A stretch of 64,000 nt of DNA from Ostrea edulis (Eukaryota). The DNA lies in contig NC_079165.1 in NCBI RefSeq assembly GCF_947568905.1, forward strand, positions 65,906,001-65,970,000, given 5' to 3'. Below the pieces are notes generated by a model. It was not told where the DNA came from and searched no databases. It saw only the letters and a list, made by a program, of their open reading frames with translations. Shown here one piece after another: positions 27,405 through 40,800 of the stretch; position 1 is the stretch's first letter, and the number at the start of each line of letters is the position of its first letter. The translations under genes and the position numbers were made by a program.

Positions 27405-30400
27405 ATGCCGCGAAGAGGAGGAAGTGATAACGGATCAGAGAATCCTGAACTGGTGGGGACTTTTGAGACACTTCGTGATGAGGGCGAACACTTCGTTCAC
27501 GTCAAGCAATGGCAAAAAGCAATCGACAGCTTCACAAGGGTATGCCTATTTTTGTATTTTTAAACACGTCATATTGATCATTTATATCTGCAGCTTATAA
27601 AGTATTTAAATAGATTAAATCATTAGTGAAAGTTATCGAAATATTTTTGTTTCTCCTAATCCACACTTAATTACATGTGCCACATACAAAAGCTACTACA
27701 TTGTAATTGCTTCTGGTTAATAAAATCAAGTTTTGAAAGAAAACAATCTGCAAAATTCTATCAATACCTTAATAGATAGACTGTTGCTGATTGGGTTTTT
27801 TTTAAACTTGGGTCTAATTTTACAAGCCAGGGACAAGGCCATATTATAAAGACTTTGCATTTGTTTTACTTCTTGGAATGGGCAGTTATGGGAATTAAAT
27901 TATTCTCGTGTGCATCCAATAGATACATAAACACACTCCATCTTTACTAGCAATCTAATTAAAATTAGATGTTAGATCTGCTCGTGTACTCACATACATA
28001 ATTATGTATGCAAGTACGCGAGCGGATCTAACATCTAATTTTAATTAGATTGTCTTTACTAGTAAACATATGGGAAAGGCTGTGTCATATAAGATTTGAT
28101 ATTTCAGCTACATAGATTAAATTGTTCATATTGCCTGTATATAATGCATGTATGAATTGATTATTAAGGCCATTGACATGAACCCTGAGGACAAGAAATG
28201 TTATGTGACGAGATCAAAATGCTGGTTACAACTTGGCAATGCTGAGAATGCTCTTATTGATACTGAGGAAGCCCTCAAACAGGACAAAGAGTACATCCCA
28301 GTAAGTTGGTCAAGTTTTGTATTCTAAAAAACAAAAAGAGGGGGGGGGGGGTGAAACTATTCTGAGTAATTGCAAGAAAAAATCATGCAAAGAAGGAACT
28401 GATAAAGACCTAAAATTTATCCCTTTTTCAGGCACTATTACAGAAGTCAGAGGCAATGTACCAGTTAGGAGATTTTGAAACAGCCTTAGTGTATTTTCAT
28501 AGAGGACATAAATTAAGACCAGAATATCAAGAATTTAGACTGGGAATCCAGAAAGCACAGGAGGCCATCAACAACAGCATAGGAAGTAAGTTTTGTATTG
28601 ATGAAAGCAAATATATAATTAATAAATGCATGCATCATTTTCATACTAGCTCATGTAGATGTAGCTAACACACAGGCACACAAGATCTGAACTGAATACT
28701 ACACCCTTCCAAATTATAATTTTATCATTAATTATTATTTACTAGCTGCCATCTTCATTTTGATTTACAACTGAAATGATGAGAAATAAACTATTAACAA
28801 TATCATTACTAACCAGCAAGACACCCCGTACAGTCTTTCAAAGGACATATGTTTTATTTCTGTATGTATAATATGATCTAAATTTAATTTTATCAAGCAA
28901 CAAACATGAAAATACATGGATATATGTATTTACCTTACCGGAAAAGAATTGTTTCAACATGTTCAAATTTTGATTTACTCTTGACACAGAGCCAGATTCG
29001 GTCAAACTCACAGCAGAAGGTGACTTGACTTATTTCTACAAACAAGAAGAGGTAAATTATTTCTATTTATTCTTCCTTGGTTTTATTTTTGTTTCTTTTG
29101 AGCATGATTTTCTTGTGCTAGACATTTTCTGAGGATTCTTTGTAATCAAGAGTTTTTTATTGCGCTATTTCTGATTACTAGTAAATGAAATAAATTCGAA
29201 CATGGCAAAGTAGTAATGTAAATATGTTTTATGCTGTTTTATCTTATTGTTAAAATGAATAGTCTGATTTATCAATTTCTACATTGTCTTATTTGAAACT
29301 AAATTTCAACAGTTATTTCCAACGGTAAATTGATTTGCATTGGGTCAGGGTTGTGTTCTTTCAATACAACTTAATTAAGTCATCTGTCAGACAATCTATT
29401 TAAGCAAATGGGAGAAAAGTTCAAAAGTATTGAAAGAACATTTGAATTCAAGAGATTTGCTGTGTTATAATACAAATTGTGTGAACATCTATGCATGTAC
29501 ATTTAGACTTGGCAAAATACTTTCATAGATAATCCTAAGTACTTGCCTGATAATCATTGCTGAGTATAAAAGTATAAAATGGCTAAAAAAATACTTTTGA
29601 AATGTTGGTTATTTGCTGCACAGTACAATATATAAGCATGTTATTTGTACAATGCATGTATAAACACATCATGTACCCATGAACTAGAAATTCATTTTTG
29701 CATGGTTGGTAAAAATGTATTAATTTAAGAGATAAGATTTAATCAACAAGATGTGCAATTACTTCATTGGTGTAACATCATTGGCTCATTCTACACAGAC
29801 AAACACAGAGAATGATGTCAGCTTGAGTTTGAACTGCTTTGATATATACTGCTTGTTGCGTGTTCTTTATAAGCATGTATGTATTGTATAGGATGAAAAG
29901 GCCAAGGTAATCAACGAGTGTGTTGTAGATTTTCCTGTCAAATATTTTGCTTTCTCATTCTCTGCCAATCCTGTTGTAGAAATTCTGTCATTATACATAT
30001 CTAGATATTATACCTTTTCCATGATTTCTGGTCTTTAAATTCATAATTTTATGAACATTTTAATGAAGACATTGTATACATATAATCATTAATTTATATT
30101 ACATAATTATATGTATACACTGTATGTATGTATAGTGTATGTAAAGTTTTATAACGTATTGCAAGCTAGTGGGGGTTAAATAGTGTATCTCAACACAGTA
30201 ACAGTAATAAAATCTTTTCACGATTTTTGATGTTGGAATGTAATGCCTAGTCAAAATTATTTCATGATTTCATTCCTTCATTGCACAGGAAACAACAACA
30301 ATTCACAATCTCTCCAATTTCTCAATTTATTTTTACACAGATTTTAATTATTGTTCTTTTTAGATATTAGTGTTTCACAGTTGAGAGAGTGGAGGGGAAG

Positions 30401-33400
30401 GGGACAGACAGAGAGAGAGAGGAGAGGGGGCATACAGAGAGAGAGAGGAGGGGGCAGACAGAGAGAGAAGGGGAGGGGGCAGACAGAGAGAGAGAAGGAG
30501 AGGGGGCAGACAGAGAGAGAGGGGGAGGGGCAGACAGAGAGAGGGGGAGGGAGCAGAGAGAGAGGGGGGGCAGAGAGGGGGAGGGGGCAGACAGAGAGAG
30601 AGAAGGAGAGGGGACAGACAGAGAGAGAGGGGGAGAGGGCAGAGAGAGAGAGGGAGAGGGGGCAGACAGAGAATAAAACTGATCTGGTTGTGTTCATCAG
30701 AATTTTATCTGTACTACATGTGTTTGTTTTACTGAACATATAATTTAAAGAACTTGTTTAAGGAAGATTTTCACAATAAGATTATAATTTCTTGTTGTGT
30801 TATTTCCAAACGTATTAAATTCATCAAGCTATAACATTGCTGTCCCTGAACTATGTGATTTTTGTTTGTTTATCACTGCATATTGTAAATTATATTTTCT
30901 TCATTTTTCTTTCCTCACAGGCCAAGAAGGTACATTATTTTTCATTTAGACACTTACTAGGTGGATTTAGGTTGTGCATTTTCCCTATGAATTAAATTTG
31001 GATATCCTGGCCAAGTATTGCACCAGACTGGGTTAAAAGTAGACAAATTTCCTGGTTCTCGGTGTTTCATATGTTCTTTTATTATCCTTGGTGGTTTGGG
31101 TTTGTCTGTTTGATTACCAAATTTATTTATTTCAGTCACAATGAAAATTGAATTTCGACACCTTTTTTGTGAATTTCATGCAGTCACTTTTATTTTCTTG
31201 ATTTGCACATGTGATACATCATGGATATTAAAAAAAAAAAAACAAATATGAAATTTTGCTTTTTACATGTGTATGAAACACTGATAAATTAAAACATGAT
31301 GATCATAATTTGAAATATTGATTACATGAAAGCACAATTGCTTGTAAATACTACTGTGTAATTTTTGTGTGGGCAATTTTAAGAAGTACTTGAAAGATTA
31401 AAGAGCTTTGCATTTATAGTGGAGTTGCAATGAAATTCATTCTTTTTGATGGACTTGAATAGCTGGCATCAACAATTTGGTTTTCATGTGATAGGTCAAA
31501 ATGCCTTACATCTGAATGAATCTAAGAATTGGATATCATGATTACCTAATATTTCAGGAAGGTCAGTATTGTCTAGGTAGTCACTATACCCAAGGGCAAA
31601 GTCAGGGATATTTTAAAAATGTGGATAAATATTTGGAAAAGAATTCTTAGTTTAAGGATTATAAGTGAAACATCTTGTACTTACATACTACAGTCAAACC
31701 TCATTATCTCATACACAGTGATGGTACTGAGAGGAAACTTTGAGATATCCGAGGGTTTGAGATATTGAGGTTGAAATACATAAGAATATTTAGTTGGGAC
31801 TTCCAACTCACGTCGATATATCCATGGTATTGGAGATATGAATGTTGGAGATTCTGAAGTTCAACTGTATATGAAAAAAGATGTCTATATTGGAGTGGGT
31901 TCACTAGAACTCGTTCCATCAATCTGAATTACCGTTGCAACTCCGCTGTGCGGCTTTGAATCTGACAATGTTTTTGTTCTCATTCTTGTTTTATCACACA
32001 CATATCTTTAGATATATTTAGTGTTAGTGCACTATCATTACTATGGCTACATACTGTATTATTTTTTGTTAAAGAATATGGTGAGTGTCAGTTCATATCT
32101 CATGACCATTTTAGGCCAAAGGGAAGAAGACTGGTGGTACCTATGGAAAACCAGGAGCCAAGAAAGAGGCAGCTAAGGAGAGACAGAGGCCCCAGGGGAG
32201 TGGGGACCAGAAGACCATCAAGCAGCTGCTGGGCGAGCTGTACGGTGACAAGGACTTCCTGGAAAAACTACTCAGTGAAGACAGTATGTATCGGACAAAT
32301 TTAGTAGGTGTTGAATTTGGTAGATCTTGAACTGACTTCAAGGCTTCAGTTGCAATTGTTTTTTCAGTTGGATATATTGAACATACTTCTCCACTCAGTA
32401 AACATGATGACAAGGAGAGCTCAAAATACATTCACTTAAAGATATTGACATTTTAATCTACAGCAAACAGATTTGCTAGAGAGGGTGCTTCAGGCTTATG
32501 TGCCTTGTATTCAACTTACGGCCCAGGAAATACTGTGATTAACAGTTCATTGTCTTTTTTATATTTTGCTAACAGGTTTAACAGGTGATAACAACCCCAC
32601 AAATAAAGGCATTAGAGAGAAGATCTATGATGGGCTGGAGTACTTACATAACCGAGCAGACTTCTGGCGGCAACAGAAACCAATGTATGCCCGTAAACGG
32701 GACAAGATGAAGCAGAGACAGAGTGCAAAAGCCCGCAACCAGGACCCCACCAACTACCTACTCCGGTGTCTAGAGGATATTGATGATGGTGGGTCATATA
32801 TACAAAATTTGTTTTACCTATCAGTAAATTGAACGTACAACCCATTTTTCAGCAGAATTAGAATAGAGAAAGGTAATTTGAAATGGACTTGTAGCTTTTA
32901 CCAACACATCACAGCCTGAATACTTGTAGATTGTCTTTAAATGAAATTGGAGCCAAAAATAAAAAATTCTTTTTAAAATGTTTTTTACTTGTAATACATA
33001 CAATTATGTTCTGGTACATATAATATCACATTATGATATTTATTTTAAATCTGAAATCAGTTAGACCCAGAGGCTGAAGACTTGCCTCCAGATACTGATT
33101 TCTCTGGTTATGAACACATATGATATCAGTATTATTTCCTTAAATGTTTCTTCAGATCAAACAAAGGAGCGATATGAGGAGAGCTTACAGAAAGCCAAGA
33201 AGACGTTGAAGACAGTAGAAAGCATGAGTGATGATCAATTACAGAACAAGGCCGAGATTCTTGCTAATCTCCACAGCCAGATAGGAAATGCTCATCTCGA
33301 ACTCGGCAAACACAATGAATCACTCAAACATCATGAAGAGGACCTCAGGATTGCCAAAGAGAAGTAACAAAATACATTTTATTTGTCAAGCAGAGGCAAA

Positions 33401-36400
33401 ATACAGATTTTATACACATATTTTCATTTTGTATCAATGTCCTTTGTTTGAATCCTGGCCCTGATGTTGTAGTGATTTGGAGGATGCCAGGTCTCGAGCC
33501 TTGGATAACCTTGGAAGAGTCCATGCTCGAAAAGGAAATTACGAGAAAGCCATAGATGTGTAAGTATCCAGTGATGTCATGTCTCCACAGCTTGAATTTT
33601 ACCCATTTTTGAGAATCACTCTTTTGAAATTTTTTTTCCTCTAGAAGGCTTACATGTTGGGGTAGTGTTTTTGTAAATGTCTTGTAAAACTGTCTCCATA
33701 CATTTTGGTAGAAGTATTGGTGTCTGCTATCATAACACTGCTTTTATTGTAGTATTCTTGAAGCGTGGGTAAAATAGTGTGATTCAGAAAAGCAAACGTA
33801 ATATAAAGGGGTGTACGAAAACTTGGAATATATGGTGATAGTGCAACTTGACTGTGTTAGTGTGCGATGGAAATCTCGCGCATTAAACTCCTCTCCAGTA
33901 GACAGTGAACTCTTTATGGATGTTTATGATTTATTTCATAAATGTTGGATTCTGAATATGTATATGAAAGTATTAAGGTGATATTGAGATAGTTATTGAT
34001 TTATATCACCTTGACACCATAATAAGAGCAAGTCTTATACAGAAAACCATAACTTAAACGAGATCCATTGGTTGCCTTCAAATATGCTAATAAAATTTGA
34101 TCAAAATGAGGTTTTCGTAGACTCTTGTGATAATAAGCATGTGATATTTATCTGTAATGAATATATATTTTCATAGACCATTTCAAGAAATGATATGTAC
34201 TTATATACATGTATTAGCTTTTGTTGACCAACTGAGTACTGATATACTGTATGTGTAGTTATTTTTAGCAGGTTCATATTTTAGCGCCTTTGGCGTTGAA
34301 GCAAGAACACTAATTTATTGTTGCGTTAATTAGGAAAATCTCTATTTATCCATTATCAAACACAGAACAAGCGCTAAATCATGATTATGCCAAATATTGC
34401 ATCAGATCCAACTGTGCCAAATTTTAAATTTGCCAAAGTAAGTACGCATACAGTATGTGAACAATTACTTATCCAACATACTGATGATGAGATCAACGGA
34501 TTCATGTGTCAGCAATATGTCCAATTCAAATTAGACACAGGCTATGGTAGATCTATCCAGAATTTGTCTAGTTTTTATGTACTAATAATGAGTATCCGAT
34601 ATCCAAAGAAGAGAGGGAGTGCTAGAACTGGACAGTTTCTGTGTTGTAGGAGAATCCTTTATTGCATGGACGATGTTTTCATTATAAATGTAACAAAACT
34701 CATTAACATATATATTTATTTTTGCAAGCTTTACCAGAAAATATTTAATACCATAATGTATAATACAAGAGTACATGTACTTACTTGCTTGCACATAAAT
34801 TTTCCTAAAGTTATTTTATGTAAAGTTTTATAAAACTTGAGAGAACTTTCAATCATTTATTCTGAAATCTATGAACAAAGTGTGAACAAATACATTATAT
34901 TGTGCCTTGCACTACATGACTGAAATTAAAAATTTTCTGAATTTATAGATGGGAAGAAAAATTACCCTTGAGTAAATCTCCACTAGAGAGCACCTGGTTG
35001 TACCATGAGATTGGACGTTGTTACCTGGAGCTACAGAGATTCCAAGATTCCAGAGATTTTGGAGAGAAAGCCATACAGGCCGCAAAAGAAGCGGAGGATG
35101 ATGGCTGGCAGCTTCATGCTAGTGTCCTTGTAGCTCAGTCAGAGGGTGCGTACACATTACACTGTCATGTTTCTGAGTAATATTGCTGTATTCAGACATA
35201 GGGAGTGTGTATTCAGATATGACATAGGGAGTGTGTATTCAGAAATAGGGAGTGTGTATTCAGACATAGGGAATGTGTATTCAGACATAGGGAGTGTGTA
35301 TTCAGACATAGGGAGTGTGTATTCAGACATAGGGAGTGTGTATACAGACATAGGGAGTGTGTATTCAGACATAGGGAATGTGTATTCAGACATAGGGAGT
35401 GTGTATACAGACATAGAGAGTGTGTATTCAGACATAGGGAGTGTGTATTCAGAATTAGGAAATGTGTATTCAGACATAGGGAGTGTGTATTCAGACATGA
35501 CATAGGGAGTGTGTATTCAGACATGACATAGGGAGTGTGTATTCAGACATAGAGAGTGTGTATTCAGACATAGGGAGTGTGTATTCAGAATTAGGGAATG
35601 TGTATTCAGACATAGAGAGTGTGTATTCAGACATAGGGAGTGTGTATTCAGACATTGGGAGTGTCTATTCAGACATAGGGAATGTGTATTCAGACATAGG
35701 GAGTGTGTATTCAGACATAGGGAGTGTGTATTTAGACATAGAGAGTGTGTATTCAGACATAGGGAATGTGTATTCAGACATAGGGAGTGTGTATTCAGAC
35801 ACATAGGGAGTGTGTATTCAGACATAGAGAGTGTGTATTCAGACATGACATAGGGAGTGTGTATTCAGACATAGGGAGTGTGTATTCAGACATAGGGAGT
35901 GTGTATTCAGACATAGAGAGTGTGTATTCAGAAATGACATAGGGAGTGTGTATTCAGACATAGAGAGTGTGTATTCAGACATAGAGAGTGTGTATTCAGA
36001 CATAGGGAGTGTGTATTCAGAATTAGGGAATGTGTATTCAGACATAGGGAGTGTGTATTCAGACATAGGGAGTGTGTATTCAGACATAGGGAGTGTGTAT
36101 TCAGACATAGAGAGTGTGTATTCAGACATAGGGAGTGTGTATTTAGACATAGAGAGTGTGTATTCAGACATAGGGAATGTGTATTCAGACATAGGGAGTG
36201 TGTATTTAGACATAGGGAGTGTGTATTCAGACATAGAGAATGTGTATTCAGACATAGGGAGTGTGTATTCAGACATAGGGAGTGTGTATCAGTTTTAGGG
36301 AGTGTCGTTACTGAACTATTTTGTATTGAGTCAAGGGTAAGTACTCTTACAGTCAGTTGTCTTTGTAAAGAGTTTAAAATTATGAATTTCTGTTTTTACA

Positions 36401-37839
36401 GTGAAATTAGGTGACTTACAGTCAGCAGCAGAATCGTTTGAGAGATCGTCAGAACTCGCTAAAAAACTGAATGATGCTCCAGCAGAGGCAGCTATTAAAA
36501 AGGCAATGGAGGAGGTGAACAACCGGATAGTCCAGGGTGTGAAGGACGGAGACGAGAAAGAGGACGACAAGGGGTCCGTGAAGTCAGAGGGGGGCAGGAA
36601 GGGCGCAACCAGTCAAACTTCAGGTAAATACATCATCTCCAGACTTATTTAAGTTCATGAAATGTTTACTAAATTTCTCCATATCGGTTCACACACAATC
36701 AGTGACTGAATGTGTGGTTAATACATTAGATATTCTTGAACTCATATATACTTCGTTCTTAAAAAAGCCTCATCAAATCTTTAAGATAACTTGTATTATG
36801 TACATACTACATTTAATTGTACTTTGTACGTATTTCTATATTTTCATGAAATCTTGCATCCTGTTCCACTGATAAACCCAAATTTTGGTAAAGACATAAA
36901 TTAAAACAATAAATTAAAACAACTGTTATAAATATTTCTTGTTTTAAAATTATAAAGTCAAGGGAAATGAGAAAGATCAGGATGAAAAGAGGAGTAAACA
37001 TAGTAAAGAGGATGGAGACCAAGGTATATGATGACACTGGGAGCTGTCTGTAGCCATTTCTGTGTTGTTCTGCATGCCCTGTACCTCTGTCAAAATTTGT
37101 TGGCAATTATTTCTATATCACTGCAATGTGCATTTTGCATCAATTCTTGCTCTGACATGCTTGTATTTGATTTCAAAATTCAAGAGTGTTTGACAAAATT
37201 GAAAATGACATTTGCTTTAATATATGTGTATATTGCTTTTTGCACAAGCTCTTGATTGGGATGATGGATTTTTTCCGTTTTTTTTTTCTTTCTCTGTCTA
37301 ATTAACATGGTTTTTTATGTTTATTTACAAATGTACAAAAAATGATTATTTCTCTTTGTAAATTATCGGTGTGTAACTAACCATTCTCTGTGATTATGGA
37401 GAAATTCTGAATCAGTTTAAAGGAAGCATCATATACATTAAAGGGTCATGGACACAACTTTTGATGAATTGAAATGACAGTAATTTGTTATACTAGAAAT
37501 AAAGATCTTTTATAAATAAGAGGATCGAAAATATTTTCACACAGGATATACTTTGTATTTACATAAAATCTGGCTCCCAAAATTATGTTTATCAACATGC
37601 TTGTCATAGCTGAGAAACTCTCAAATACATTTTTGTGTAAGTTTTTTAAATTTAGGTTTCTTGCTACATTTCACACAAATACCATTATATTATTAATCAA
37701 ATATGTAAATAATTTCTTGTACATGTACCAAAATTGTGTCCATGCTCCTTTAACAATTTCTCATGGTATACGAATCTGACAACTGTTTCATTACATTTTC
37801 ATTTACCACCCATGTAATGATATATCCAGTGCTTTAAAA

Positions 37840-37870
<31 letters not shown>

Positions 37871-40800
37871 GCTGGAATCTAGATTTATATACTGTACGGT
37901 AAAATAATTTATTTTCGTGAGTATTTAATTTTTGTTGATTTTATGGAATAGACGTACCCATTCAAATCCTTCATGAACAACAGAAACATAACTTCAATAA
38001 AATATGATAATTCTTCAACCAAGAGCTTAGGTCCCCTATTAACTTGCTTATCGTTCTCAAGCCACAAAAATTTGACCCTACAGAAATAAATGATTCTATG
38101 GTGTTATGCACGATTGATTTTCCTTCTTTTTAGCATTATAGCGACCACATGTATTTTTAACTCTGACCATTACCAGATGTAATTTGTAGCCTGTATTATT
38201 ATAAGTATATATTTTGTTTAAAGGGACTGGTTAAAGTTTTTCGAAAGAAATGTTTTTCATTTCTTATGTTAAAAATTAAAAATATAGCTCATTTAATGTT
38301 GACAACCAAAATCATGACTGTCTGAATGCAAGGATAAAAGCAGTATTTTAGCTTTGATTCTGTGTTATGTAAACAAAGATTCCAGTCTTTTTATGTAAAC
38401 AAACAAACCAGTGAAATGTTAATTTTGTGATTTAAAGCATCTTCATTTTGTACAATCACAAATTTTAACTTTTAAATGACACATTTTACCTAAAGTATAC
38501 TTGAGATGCGAGATATATATAATAAACTTCCAGGATCAATGTCCATTTATTTTGAAAACCCCGTAAACAATAATACACCTCAAAACAAAACAAAACAAAT
38601 AATAAACTCTCTATAATGAGCTTCTGTCATGATGATTAACCTTAATTTTTTTTGTGAAACCTTCTAAAACATATTAGACTGTAGATTTTGATCATTTGAT
38701 GTGAAGATCGTGAATCAGTCCCTTTAATATGTTTACCAGTAAGTAAGAATCAGTTAGTTTGATACCTTGCTCATAATTTTGACCCTATTCTTATTAAGAC
38801 GGCCGAGATGAGGATTACCCTGATGACTTTGAACAGGACCAGCAAGGTGAATCACCATGTTGTAACTCTATTGTTCCTCTCCTTTTTAGCAGAATCTGTT
38901 TGCTATTACTTTCAAAGGCACTGGTATAAGCCTAATCCATGCAACTGACAGATTAGAAATATATTACATGTATTTCATGTATATTTCTGCTATGTAATAA
39001 GTTTTTAAAATTTATTCTTTTTCCTTTCAATCTGATATTTTATTAACCCTTTCCTGATGACATTAGACAATGGCAGTAATCAGGAGTCAAACTCGAAACC
39101 TGAACAGACATCAAAACAGGAGAGCACTGAGTCAAAACCCGATGAAAATCCAAACGCAATGACATTAGACAATGGCAGAAATCAGGAGTCAAACCTGAAA
39201 CCTGAGCAGACGTCAAAACAGGAGAGCACTGAGTCAAAACCTGATGACAACACCAATACAGAGGACAAGGACAATGAACAGACAGAAGCAGCAAGCCCTA
39301 CACAACCGCAGTCTCCCTCAAAAATAAAGCCCTCCACTAGTCCCCAGTCTCCAACAAAATCAAAGCCCACTGCTAGTAAAAGGAAAGAGAGCAAGAAAGG
39401 ATCTGATAGTAGGAGAGTCAGCAAGGAGTCGCAGAAGTCCACAAAGAATGCTCCTGGTCACAAGAGTGAGGCACAGAAGAAGACGTCCAAGTCCTCCTCA
39501 AAAGGAAAAGCTAGTCCTCCAGCAAAGAAAAGCAGCACTCAAGAGAAGACAGAGTCTACAGAAAAGGAACCAATGGAAGAAAACTCAAAGAGAAATGAAA
39601 TAGATGATGAAAATGACGAAATAAGAAAGGTGTCGGAGGCCAACTCTGAAGTTAATTTGTTTGAAAATGAAGAAGACAAAAAAGGTCATTCTCAAGCCAA
39701 ACCAACATCAAAGCCCAAGAAGAAATCTTCTGTGGAGATGCCACCCAGAAAGAGGTCTTCTCCTAGTCCATATGAACAAAATTCAAAGACGACATCCACT
39801 ACTAGTACAAAAAGCAAAAAGAATTCTACATCTAGCAATGAGAAAAGTGAAGAGAAGTCCAAACAAGAGACAGATGGGATAGAAGATAAGTCAAAGGTTG
39901 ATAGCAAAGAGGAGCTGGCACTGGACAGCAAAGACAAAAAGCAAACTGAGGAACTGCCAGAACAGAGTAAATCAGAGGAAAATGTGTATGAGGAGAGAAA
40001 GGACGGGAATCAAACCGAGCGGAAAGCCGAACCAAAGGAAAGTGACTCTGAGGGAAATATAATGCCCTCACAAGATGGTGAGTCCCTGCACCATGAGGCA
40101 TGAGATGTTGTGACACAGGGGCATGACAGTAGGAAGTAGATCTGTGTTGTGTCGTTATACAGTTAAACACTATACCCTGGAGGATGTGCATGTTTGTACT
40201 TCAACATGTCAATTTAGGATTGTGTAGCATGATCATATCTGTGCAATTTAAAGTGTCAGAATGTACAGTAGTTGAATAATTTTTCTTTCTTTTTAATGTT
40301 GTGATTAGGATTACTAGAAAATTAATTATTACTTTGCATTTCAGGGTCTTGTAGGTATTTTATTGAAATTTGGCCCATAGTTTTAATATTTTCATTTTGT
40401 AGAATAAAACAATGAATAGAGAACTTTACTTATAGAATATCTTCCTGTTCACATTTCATACTAGCCATAGATTTCAAGCTGCCGACAACAAGGTCTAGTC
40501 CCAGACCTCCTGGTTCAGGGGTGAGTCTTCAACCACGAACTAATTCTCGTCCACGCTCTGTCAGCATCAAGGAACCACCCGAGTCTGAAAAAGGCTCCAA
40601 AGGGTTTCACGAAGAAACAGGATCTAATGGGACAGGACATTTGTCTACTTCCATGAAAAAGAAAACCCCCTCTCCGGTGGTCAGAAAGGAAACACCAGGG
40701 ATTGATGGGAATGGATCGACCAAGAGTCCAGCTGGTAGTGCCAAGAGCAACAAACCCGCATCAGAGCCTGGGAATTTTGAAGGTCGAAACAAAAACATGG

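Noticed and set aside
30344-30743. E/R/G-rich and S/L/P-rich ORFs
   Set aside because: Translation of a GA microsatellite.
34381-34833. 150-aa ORF in a TTC25 intron
   Set aside because: No splice context, coding bias or motif.
35146-36298. Long repetitive ORFs on both strands (MSEYTLP, YSDIGSV, CLNTHSL)
   Set aside because: By-products of the 21-bp minisatellite inside a TTC25 intron whose flanking exons splice in phase.
39057-40103. 348-aa ORF as a stand-alone gene
   Set aside because: Its ATG lies in a polypyrimidine/acceptor context and a GTGAGT donor precedes its stop; better explained as a TTC25 exon.
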